DNA of 63,039 bases, the filler included, from Collodictyon triciliatum (taxonomy: Eukaryota): assembly GCA_043381765.1 (NCBI GenBank). It is 11 parts of 11 records of this genome, joined end to end, with 100 filler letters (N's around TTAATTAATTAA, not from the genome) between each part and the next. Parts side by side here need not be neighbours in the genome. Positions count along the whole stretch, not along the records: positions 36,043 to 42,190 come from JBHJMP010004742.1; positions 42,291 to 48,350 come from JBHJMP010004743.1; positions 48,451 to 54,498 come from JBHJMP010004744.1; positions 54,599 to 60,647 come from JBHJMP010004745.1; 7 more parts are not named here. One strand, given 5' to 3'. Positions 41,130 through 57,600 of the stretch are shown here, piece by piece. The notes below the pieces were generated by a model that ran no database searches, was not told where the DNA came from, and was given only the letters and a program-made list of their open reading frames with translations. The position numbers and the translations under genes were made by a program. The first letter of the stretch is position 1. Each line of letters opens with the position of its first letter.

Positions 41130-41226
<97 letters not shown>

Positions 41227-41246
41227 TATAGATAGATAGATAGATA
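41128..41246. repeat. (GATA)n microsatellite
   Basis: Direct reading. Confidence 0.95.
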
Positions 41247-41776
41247 ATGGAGATAGGTATGAATTTCACCATATTCATCCTTATTTTCATTTTTAATATA
41301 ATTATACATTCACAATTTATATATGATTGAAGTAAATTTTTACAGGATGTGAGTCCTTTTCGTTGCCCAGCAAAAGAGGTTGTCCGCTTATATAATCAAG
41401 TCTTTAAAAAGGTTGGTAAAGAAAACCGTCCACCCTCATCGGTTCTACTTTCAACAGAAAATAGTTAAATCTACGATGATTCCATGTTTCAAGCAAAAAC
41501 TAACAGCATATGCAATTAAACACAATATTTCAAAAAATAATGATATTGAAAGAAAAGGTGGTATGCTTTAATTGTTAAATATATTCAAATACAACATTAT
41601 GCATAAAATGATGTAAGATGGAAACCTTTCCTATTTGTCCAGTAATCATATGAATGGTCGACTATGGCATACCTTCTCACGACATCATCAGGCTTTTCAT
41701 TAAACCTTAACAAGTATAATGAACAATTATCATATGTTTCCCCTTTGGTTTTGCACAAAAACCACACGAATGGCAA

Positions 41777-42040
41777 CCAAGCCTCAACTTTGACGACGAA
41801 AATGCGGTCTACGAGCACTACCGGACGCGACGGGTGGAGCGAACAGAAGGGATGCAGGAGAAGGGGCTCTACCCGGCTGGCTGCGTGGTGCGCCTTGTGA
41901 GCGAGTACACTGAGACACTGACGCACGCCACACGCCTGCGTCTGTTGGAGCAGCTGTGCGAAGTCCACCACATCCGCGAGTGCGCCACGGAGGGCGCTGT
42001 GCTGCTGGCATCCAACCTGTCGAGCGGCCTGGGCCTTGCG
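41777..42040 (+). CDS. GC-rich possible coding fragment of unknown function
   Basis: Abrupt GC rise with an open frame and GC-rich third positions (PSLNFDDENAVYEHYR…LEQLCEVHHIREC). Confidence 0.3.
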
Positions 42041-42414
42041 TACCCCCGCAGGAAGACGGCCGAGCGCTTTGCCCCACAACAAAGGCAAAGCCACACCACA
42101 GCTCGCGCCGATTCCAGAGTCAGCGCACACACCAACCCAGGCAAAACCCCCGCCAACCCCAAAGACTCCACAAGAGGCTCCCCTTCCACTNNNNNNNNNN
42201 NNNNNNNNNNNNNNNNNNNNNNNNNNNNNNNNNNTTAATTAATTAANNNNNNNNNNNNNNNNNNNNNNNNNNNNNNNNNNNNNNNNNNNNTTGTTTGTTT
42301 GTTTGTTTGTTTGTTTGTTTGTTTGTTTGTTTGTTTGTTTGTTTGTTTGTTTGTTTGTTTGTTTGTTTGTTTGTTTGTTTGTTTGTTAAACTAATTGGAT
42401 CGACGCCTTTACAG

Positions 42415-42795
42415 TCGACTGTGAAAGTTCCAAAGCTCGGCCTACAATGACCTCACCGAATGCAAACAACTCCTTTTCCTCTGCTCATCAATTCACAACA
42501 ATCCCGAGTGCCCAGCCCCCTGCGAGGATGAACCCTTTCGCCATTTTCCAGGCCAATCCTTTATATTTCCAACAGATATCAGGGCAAGTAAACGAAAGTA
42601 GCTCTTTATCCCAGCCAACCCAGCCGACTCTACTATTCAACCCTTCTCCGCCAGCTGGCGCGTGTGACCAATCAACCCCGTCTGCAACATCCAACCCTCA
42701 GACTGTTGAGCCGGCACAATCGACCCAGCAAGTCGACTCTGAAACACCAACCAGCAACGCAGCCCCAGCGAAAGATACGGAGAAGAAATCGCAGA

Positions 42796-42887
<92 letters not shown>

Positions 42888-44767
42888 TAAGTAAACCAAC
42901 TCTCGAATTATCATTCCCCAAACATGATCGAGCAGGCAACTTTAACAATATGTTTCGAAATCTTACCACCCGCCATGAATAATAGAGATAGATTTTCCTC
43001 TTCCTTTGGCTGACTCCAGTTCTAACAAGGATACCCAAGGATTAGACATTGGTGAATCCAGTAAAAAAATTGGGCATGTCGAAAACAATACTCCTATATC
43101 GCCAGTTCTGTCGATAGAAATCGGAGACGTTGATATAGAGAGCTATATTGGCTCCAAACACTTGGAAACCAAAGACTTTGATGGGGGGCGCACACTTTTA
43201 TCTTGCTACATTCCTGAGCCCCAACCTTATGGATATGCTGGAAGAATTTTTCCTGAGATTATTACAGATTACTCATTAATAGATTGCATGAGAGGATCTT
43301 CATTTGGCATTTCCAACCCCACTCCTTGTAAGCAACTTCATATACCATGATTTTCATATTTGTAGTTGGTCATCATTTTTCTACTGCATTCAGTACATGA
43401 TTCAGATAAAAACATATTATGGTATACCTAATTGTCATGTCCCTCTATTGCTCATTTAAGCTAAAATAACTATAAAAAACAAGATGAGGTTGCAAAATGC
43501 TTAAGCGTTGGGCAAAAAGTCGAGAAATATCAGGTTTGTGTCCTCCTAGCTAGATTCCTTAATATTATTATCGATCCACTTATTTATTATTTTATCAAAA
43601 AAAATTAAGCATGGTAAGCTCGAGAAAAGAGGCACTATTTTTATTTATATTTCAAATCAACCACTGCAAAGGGAATGCTTTATCTTCTTATCTGATATTA
43701 GCATGAAGGGGGTTATCTAATGGGTTTAACTGGAGTCCAACCATTCAGCGAATATGATATTAATGAAATCAGACTGGCAGACTATATTAACAGAATGTTA
43801 TGTGAGTATAAAATCAAATTTCTCCTCATTTTACTTTCTTTTTTAAAAGAAAAATAAATCATGGCCATTGCGTGCTTTATTTTTAAATTATCAATGAAAC
43901 AATTTTTACTTGTGAATTCGCGAGCTCCAACATCAATTGCTTAATTCCTGTCAATGCAGTCATTCCGAGGTATTTTTTAGTTTTATATACACTTATACAT
44001 TCATACATCGCTACAATTCTTCCCTTGTTATGCATATTCCAAGGGAGAGATTTAATAATGTTAATCTTTTAGTGATGTTACTGCCAAAGACCCAGTGCCA
44101 AATAAATTGTCCGATACAACTTGTATGTATTCTTTGTATTCCGCTATTATCTTTCCCTCTGGTCGACACATTTTTTCCTGTATTTGTCTCTATTTTTCGA
44201 AAGGAGATGGTATATATACATTTGACTTTATGAATGCTGGATTAGACTTCAGAAGAAAATGATCTAATTATCTGACTTAACTATGAATTATTTAACATAG
44301 TGATATCACATTCAAGCACCAAAGAAATGACTTCACTTTCAAAGGTTTTTCACATACAGAACTTGATACTGTACATTTTCTTACACGTAATAATCCACAA
44401 TAGATTAACAAAAACTCCATCGATATTGGGAGGGTAGACTATGACTTAATGGTATATACCATGATTTTCTTTTCTCTCAATCGTATATGAACTGCATGAA
44501 TCCCGACTTAAAAAATATACTAAGCCTGTCAGGTGCTAAGCTGAAGAAAATTAATTCTAGTTCGAGGAAGCTATATGCAATGAGCAATATGTGACGGAAT
44601 TATTGGATACAAAGTTACACTCGCTCTTCCCAAAAAAATCTGATGAAAAAGCTACGTCTACAACATCAAATGAAGCGAACACACAGATTACTGACACAAA
44701 GAAATCAACGGTGGCTTTGGAAAGGTCGAAAAAGAAAGTATCCCGAATTCGGACAACCAGAAGATAG
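42415..44767 (+). CDS. multi-exon gene of unknown function (S/T/P/Q-rich N-terminal part); structure only partly resolved
   Basis: A chain of GT-AG-bounded open exons from ~43283 to TAG 44765-44767 can be joined in frame; the 5' exon links are uncertain. Confidence 0.45.
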
Positions 44768-45564
44768 ACCCAGGAATTTACGCCGATGAATTGACGACGG
44801 GAGTTGCGTCCATTTGCAAAAGGAATAAAAACGAAATGTGCGTTGAGATGNNNNNNNNNNNNNNNNNNNNNNNNNNNNNNNNNNNNNNNNNNNNNNNNNN
44901 NNNNNNNNNNNNNNNNNNNNNNNNNNNNNNNNNNNNNNNNNNNNNNNNNNNNNNNNNNNNNNNNNNNNNNNNNNNNNNNNNNNNNNNNNNNNNNNNNNNN
45001 NNNNNNNNNNNNNNNNNNNNNNNNNNNNNNNNNNNNNNNNNNNNNNNNNNNNNNNNNNNNNNNNNNNNNNNNNNNNNNNNNNNNNNNNNNNNNNNNNNNN
45101 NNNNNNNNNNNNNNNNNNNNNNNNNNNNNNNNNNNNNNNNNNNNNNNNNNNNNNNNNNNNNNNNNNNNNNNNNNNNNNNNNNNNNNNNNNNNNNNNNNNN
45201 NNNNNNNNNNNNNNNNNNNNNNNNNNNNNNNNNNNNNNNNNNNNNNNNNNNNNNNNNNNNNNNNNNNNNNNNNNNNNNNNNNNNNNNNNNNNNNNNNNNN
45301 NNNNNNNNNNNNNNNNNNNNNNNNNNNNNNNNNNNNNNNNNNNNNNNNNNNNNNNNNNNNNNNNNNNNNNNNNNNNNNNNNNNNNNNNNNNNNNNNNNNN
45401 NNNNNNNNNNNNNNNNNNNNNNNNNNNNNNNNNNNNNNNNNNNNNNNNNNNNNNNNNNNNNNNNNNNNNNAAGAGCCTTAAGAAACTCATGTGCTCTTCT
45501 TTTTCTTTCTTTTTTTTTTTTATCCCCTCTTTCTTACCTGAAAAAAAAAATCCTCATCACATAG

Positions 45565-46373
45565 CCAAACAGAAAGAATCGATCGATCGCAGATAGCATG
45601 CAGGATATTCAGGCTGAGTTTATCAACCGAAGACTCAATAACTCGCTATATAAGACGGAACTATGTCGCACATTCAGAGAGATTGGAAGCTGCGCTTATG
45701 GTTCTCGTTGTCAGTTTGCTCATGGGGAGCATGAACTACGCCCAGTCATCAGACACCCTTGCTTTAAGACCTCATCGTGTAAGTACTCTCGTAGTAATTT
45801 GTTAAATAACCAATCGTCAGATAAGTCAGGCTTTTCATTATCGAGTGTCATGTAGTTGCTTTCGTCGCTGCTTCCTTTAACCTTGTCTGAATGCAGAATC
45901 ATAATAACTGCATAAATAAAAAGCTTTTTAATCCGCGGCAATTCTATTTAGGTCATGCCTTCGCCAGGAACGGTTATTGTCCCTTTGGGAGTAGGTGTAG
46001 ATATCTCCACACCCCTGCCAACCACAATGCTGGATTGCGCAATAACATTTACGGACAGAACCTTGAGTCCGACTTCCCAACCAGCGCCAAGTTGACGAGC
46101 CCAGTTTATGCGTATTATGGAGACAAGACAAACACTAAGACCACAGAACAACAATCAACCTCGCCTTTCAGACGGTTCGACAACCCCTCGAACCTCCAGA
46201 ACCTGTCATACGAGGAATCAGATGAGTATGACTCCGAAATATCCATTGGGGGACTGGACTCTGATAGCGAACACCTCTCTATCGCATCGTCTTGGGGAGG
46301 GCACGATGATGCTGGATTTGCTGCCCGAAAAAGCCGCCGCCTCCCTGTCTTTATGCAAATAGTTCCCTACTAG
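45565..46373 (+). CDS. ZFP36: tandem CCCH zinc-finger protein, tristetraprolin/TIS11 family; exons 45565-45778, 45952-46373 (5' end may lie in the gap)
   Basis: YKTELC-x8-C-x5-C-x3-H, then FKTSSC-x8-C-x5-C-x3-H after splicing; C-terminal RRLPVFMQI matches the TTP NOT1-binding motif. Confidence 0.9.
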
Positions 46374-47886
46374 CAACTCTTGTAATAGTAAATTAAGTCT
46401 AGTTCGTATGTAACAACTATCCGTGGGAGATAAAAAAAACCACCTACAACTAAAAATCATGATGAAGACAAGCGTCCGTTTTTTATGCTGTAATAATTTC
46501 ATTCTTTTTTCTTTTTTTCTTTTTTTCTTTTTTTCTTTTTTTCTTTTTTTTCTTTTTTTTCTTTTTTTCTTCTTTTTCTTTTTTTTCTTTTTTTTCTTTT
46601 TTTTCTTTTTTTTCTTTTTTTTCTTTTTTTTCTTTTTTTTCTTTTTTTTCTTTTTTTCTTTTTTTCTTTTTTTCTTTTTTCTTTTGTTTTTGTAGGTGAG
46701 ATAAATTTCGATATAATTTTAACAGCAAGAAAGCCAAAAGTAAGGAAAGGCAAGTATTTATCGAAGTGCCTCAGATATCAACGAGAAACATTTGCAAAAG
46801 TCCTCTACGGTTATCGACCCCAGGGACATCTGTGGTTAACGCGTAGGTGTCGTGAAGCAAGCACATTCATTCCGAAAGCTTCTCACAAGGTATCTTCAAC
46901 GAGACTGGTCTTTCACAAAATTTACAGAGCCTCGTGTATGATAATTATGTGAGAGCGGTGTCTATGCGCACACAGAAGAAAATGGTGATAATTGTTCATC
47001 CCCATTGTTTTATTTTATTTTATTTTATTTTTAGTTAAATCTAATTTAATTTGGTCTCGTAAGGAAAGGGTTATTAATGTGGGGAGTAGATCTTTTTTTT
47101 TGAGTCGCAACGAATGAGATATGCGCAACCAAACGAAAATCTTTGTATGTGTGGATGAAGACTCAAGAAAACTCCTGCCAAATCCCTATGGAACAGCACG
47201 CGGAGTTCTGACCAAAGCCTCATTGCGCTGGTTGATAGGAACTGGAGCACACGAACACCAAAGGATTTAAAAAAATCATAAAGAAAAAGCTGTACGGGTG
47301 CCTAGTATCTAAGGAGTAGGAGAACTCGATCGCGATGGATGGGATAGTATTTCCAATAACATCAGTCTGACCTCTGCATCAATATATCGAAGGAAGGAAC
47401 CTCCTAAAAAAAAAAAGGAACAGAACTAAAAAAAAAAAGGCTTCTTGCGCGAAAAGTTTCTATATAATGACCGAAAGAACATATCACCAGAAACGCTAGA
47501 GAAGATACGAATCACAAGAAAGAGAAAAAAGAAAGATAAGATAACATAAAGGAAGAGAACAGAAGACTTTATATAACACTGGATATACAAAACAAAAAGA
47601 AAAAAGGGAATGGAAAGCATAGTATTGTGATGATCGTCAGGAAACCAAACCACACTCCTCTCGACTTTCCAACAGGCCATATTATCACACCCTCCTGGAA
47701 GTGAAGAATATTTTTATTATTTTCTCTTCTAATCACATCCTTTAACGAAGCCGCTCTTTCATTAAAAAAAAAAAAAAAAGTAAAGAAGGAAAGAAAAGGA
47801 AAGAAATGTTTTCAGCGGGCCATTGATCGCATTTAATAACTTTATAGCATTCTCTCATAGGTATCAGACAGGCTAGAGACTCGTAA

Positions 47887-48197
47887 ATGAAGGCTTTGCT
47901 ATGTTTACTGGAGGCCGAGTCCGTCAGTCTTTTTCCCGAACTAGCCAGCAAGCTGGATGAACTTGCTCGCCTTGGGTGTGCCGGACAACTGGTATGGAGA
48001 TCCATCGGGGGAGGTTAGTGCTTAGTCTACATAAGTAATACATGCTCAGTAAATATGGCGTTGCAAGGCTTGTCCTTTAGCTAACACTGAAATGACTTAC
48101 GCGCAGAGGACTTGAATATCCCCGTCAAGGCGTTTGCTATAAAACAAGTACTGGGCTTATCATACGCGAAATATAATGAAGCTCCCTTATCCTCACG
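47887..48197 (+). CDS. possible 5' two exons of an unknown gene
   Basis: MKALLCLLEAESV…WRSIGG|EDLNIPVKAF… joined in phase across a GTTAGT…CAG intron. Confidence 0.35.
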
Positions 48198-48450
48198 GTT
48201 TGGAATTAGAGCTGCTCGTTCGACGGACTTACTTTCTTATTCTGTTATTAGTATTGGTATTATTGGTATTATTGGTATTATTGGTATTATTGGTATTATT
48301 GGTATTATTGGTATTATTGGTATTATTGGTATTATTGGTATTATTGGTATNNNNNNNNNNNNNNNNNNNNNNNNNNNNNNNNNNNNNNNNNNNNTTAATT
48401 AATTAANNNNNNNNNNNNNNNNNNNNNNNNNNNNNNNNNNNNNNNNNNNN

Positions 48451-48538
<88 letters not shown>

Positions 48539-48955
48539 CAACCTTCCGATCGGTTAGCTGCTTTGTTCTGATTTATTTGATTGTGTATTATTTCCTCGGG
48601 TCAAAACCTATTCTGAACCTCTATATGCTGAAGCTGTCCTTAAAAGAAAAGCGAGCATAGAAAGATAGAAAGTTAGAAAAGAAAAGAAAAGAAAAGAAAA
48701 GAAAAGAAAAGAAAAGAAAAGAAAAGAAAAGAAAAGAAAAGAAAAGAAAAGAAAGTGATCCCCGGGTTGTGTTGCAGTGTCTTTGTTGAGTCGAACCCCC
48801 GTTTATCCTATCTATAAAACTGAAAGGAGAAATAGGGACGTTGCAAATGAGCCCTTCACCTTCGTTGTCACCTTCACCTTCACCTTCACCTTCACCTTCA
48901 CCTTTTTCTTCGGTGCACTCTTAACTTTTTGTGCGGTTGGAGAAATGGGATTTAC

Positions 48956-49011
<56 letters not shown>

Positions 49012-49071
49012 GTTCGATGCAAACTAACACGCACAGAAGCAGACAGTCCTCCACAAGCCTGGGAAAAAATC

Positions 49072-54020
<4,949 letters not shown>

Positions 54021-54692
54021 TTTGTGGAAGCTTTACCCACGCCTATTTAGCTGTCTTTTCTGCTTTTCCCTCTTTTTTTTTTTTAACCATTTTTCATGAT
54101 TATTCTTCTTTTTCTTTTTCTTTCTTTCTTTCTTTCTTTCTTCCTATCTATCAAAGAAACAAACATTTGTGACGAATTAATTATTGGATTCAATAGTTGC
54201 CTTTGGCGTAGTGGCGCACATAAATTATCAAAATAAAGAGTTTAGTTTCCTCGCGTCTGTTTTTATATCGTTGAACTGAAGAACCACAGATCAAGCAATA
54301 ACCAGACAAACTCAGACTCTTGGGCGTAACTTGGCAGCCTTGCAGCCTCTTTTCTTTTTCTTTTTCTTTTTCTTTTCTTTTTATGTTTCTCTTGTTTTTT
54401 TTCTTTGTTTTTGTTTTTGTTTTTGTTTTTGTTTTTGTTTTTGTTTTTGTTTTTGTTTTTGTTTTTGTTTTTGTTTTTGTTTTTGTTTTTGTTTTTGTNN
54501 NNNNNNNNNNNNNNNNNNNNNNNNNNNNNNNNNNNNNNNNNNTTAATTAATTAANNNNNNNNNNNNNNNNNNNNNNNNNNNNNNNNNNNNNNNNNNNNTT
54601 TCTTTTGTTTTCTTTTGTTTTCTTTTGTTTTCTTTTGTTTTCTTTTGTTTTGTTTTATGATTATAGATAAAAAAAAAATATTAGAAGCTCAC

Positions 54693-57600
54693 CCAATTAG
54701 GACCCAGAATGGCAAAAATATGTGTGTTGGTACCCATTTTGACGTCTGTAGGGGTTTCAACCAACCGCGCTTTTGTTTTTAAAAGGTGGCAGGCGGTACA
54801 TACATCCTTGACAACTCCTTCAATATCGGATACATGCTTTTCTGTTAGTCCGCATCCGATACATGAGTTTCTGTACATTCTCACTTTGCTTTTTACACTT
54901 TCAATAATTCCACTATCCGGGGATGTCCCAGTGAGAAACAATATCGACAAGGTTAAGTGAACAACATGATATGTGAATTCGTCCACGGCCTTTTTTCTTT
55001 CTATCATGAGTTTCAAATTAGCATCTGAAAGCGATTCGAGAATCGAGAGAATCCGAGGGTGAGAGACAATCTCTCTGTGTACATGTTTTGGATGATCAAG
55101 CATGGATATATTATGCGCGGACAATATATGACCGTGCAAAATAATTGAGCGGAAAACATCCATTCCACACCTATGAATTGGTTTTAGTTTTCTAAACCAT
55201 TCCACGATTTCTATTGGGGTTTGGACTTTTAAATGCGGTGCTATTTTTCTCCTATAGTTGCTCATATTGCTTCGAAAATCAATCATAGAATTCAACATTT
55301 GGCTAGGACAACTGATGGGAATAGGCCTCTGGTGATAAAACTCCGATAAGTGAATTTTTTTTGATTTATCCGGACACAACATCTTGAGAGGACAAAGTGT
55401 TCGGATGTCCTGTAGTCCTTCGTGAGAATACAACATGCAGTGCTCCTCATCGCCCCATTCAGTACAAGTGTCATTCTTGGGACATACAGGACGAAGGATG
55501 TGAACGAATCTCTGCAAATGAATCGGGTCGTCTAATTTTTTGCAGAATCGACCACGAGGACATATATGTGAGAAATTTTGAATATGTTGTGGGTCCTTGT
55601 TGTTGCAGTGATAGGGGGTTTCTGGGCAGACTGGCAAAAACAGGTGCTCGATTTCGTCGTAGTGAGGCTTGAAATTATACTCTGTACAAAAGGTACCTTT
55701 CGGACATTGAGTCTTTAAATGACGTTTCTCGGATGCATGTTTTGGATCGCTTCTGAGAGGACACTTGATTCCATTCGGGCACAAAGGTAAGTGGATGTAT
55801 GACTCTAGATGGTTTAAATTTACATTTTCACATGAACCACCTAATTGACAGAGCGGAGGATGGCTGAAGTATTGTGCATGTTGGCTGTCTTTCCAAACTT
55901 CTTGACACAGCCCTTTCTCAGGACATACGTGGTCATGAGACCATAGTTCGCGATGAACAGGGTCATCAAAACGAAGACATGGTATGTCCTTGCAAACATA
56001 AGGGTGGCCATATCCATGCATATGATTTGGAGACTTGTTTGTGCACCTTGGTCCGTAGTGGCAAGGTTTCACAAAGAGTTTGTCTATTTTACCCGCTGAT
56101 GTGCTCATGGAGCCAGTTCCGATTTCCTTGTCAAATTGGGAAACTAGCTCAATGTATTGAGGGTCTGTGTTAGAGAATGTCTCATTGCTTAAGCAGAAAA
56201 TGACTTTTTGAAAGAATCCTCCGTACATGCGAAGGGATTCATGAATAATTTTAAACACTAGAGAGGGTGGATTGTTGTATTTTCCACACCCAAATGCATC
56301 CAGAATCAAGAAATCATGGCCTTTATGGATTGCAATCGCCATTATGGTTTTGATTTTGTGAAAAGTGGCAATGACATATTTGTTTTTTTCATCTTGCGAC
56401 TTAACGGATGGAGATGGGATAGGAGCTACTGCAATCAGATCAATTTCGAAACTATCTTTGAGTAATTTATAACCAGATTCACGTCCATCTCGAAACACGG
56501 TGATATTCTTGGAATAAATGCATCCGTACTCAGGTATTGGATATAGCGAAACGAAAGATTCAGTAGATTGTTTAGAATACAGATGCGGTGCCAGGGCCAT
56601 GCTATAATTCGTCCGTTTAAAAAGCTCGCATTCTAGTGTATTCTCGCCCACATTAAAGTCATCTTCAGGGCTGGTATATGATGCCACATTAAGCAACAAA
56701 GGGCGAACACCTTTGCTTTTCAAGTTTTGGGCAGTAGCTAGCATATCTGTGTTTTGATTAAACTCAATTATGACACTTTTTTGGCTTGACCTTGGTTCAG
56801 TGGTAATTGCCGGTGCATTTGCATAAAGGACAGACGGTGGAGGATTTTTTATCGTGATTGAAGCGCCACACACCGATGTGTATGCCTTATTTTGACATAT
56901 TGATAAGGTATTGGCCATGACCATGATATTCAAAGCTTTGAGATGTTTCACACACCTCTCTTTTTCTCCAGGAGTATTTCGTGACTCCAACTCAGTCTTA
57001 TATTGTTTCCAATGTTTCGCCCAAGCTGCCGCATTCCACAACATGCTATCAAAATCTGTTTTCTGGATGAGATCTTTTACAGAGATGATAAGATCAAGCT
57101 GCTTCGTACTAAAGCTTTCCTCGCTAATGACTTTAACACATATCGCTTGTTTCATTTCGGAGACTGAAACAAACTTTTCACACAAGTAAATCCCTTCGCT
57201 TCTTAGTATTTGATCACATAGGCCTTTATCGTATATTAGCAAGCTAACTTCCTCCTTGTTCTGGTTGATATCCCATAAATCTGAGTCCAGTAACTTGGCC
57301 TTTGATAAATTCTCTCTCAAAAGCTTTACGTCTTTAGAGAGTGATATTGGAAGATTAACAAAATATAACTTTTTATAGACAGGATAGTTGATGATTACAC
57401 TCTTATCCAGGATCTTCATCCTTGATAATACTTGAAGTGATATGATGTCTTTCATGTGAGAGAAAAAAATCCTGTACGTATGAGTCTCTTCATCTACATC
57501 GATGAAAGAAATATTGCGATATGATGACCTGAGATTTGTTTCAATAACTTGACTGCTCAATGATAGTGTAGGTTGGTCAATTAGGATATAACCAGGATCC

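Noticed and set aside
44705-45564. ORFs spanning the 620-N gap
   Set aside because: Artefacts of undefined bases.
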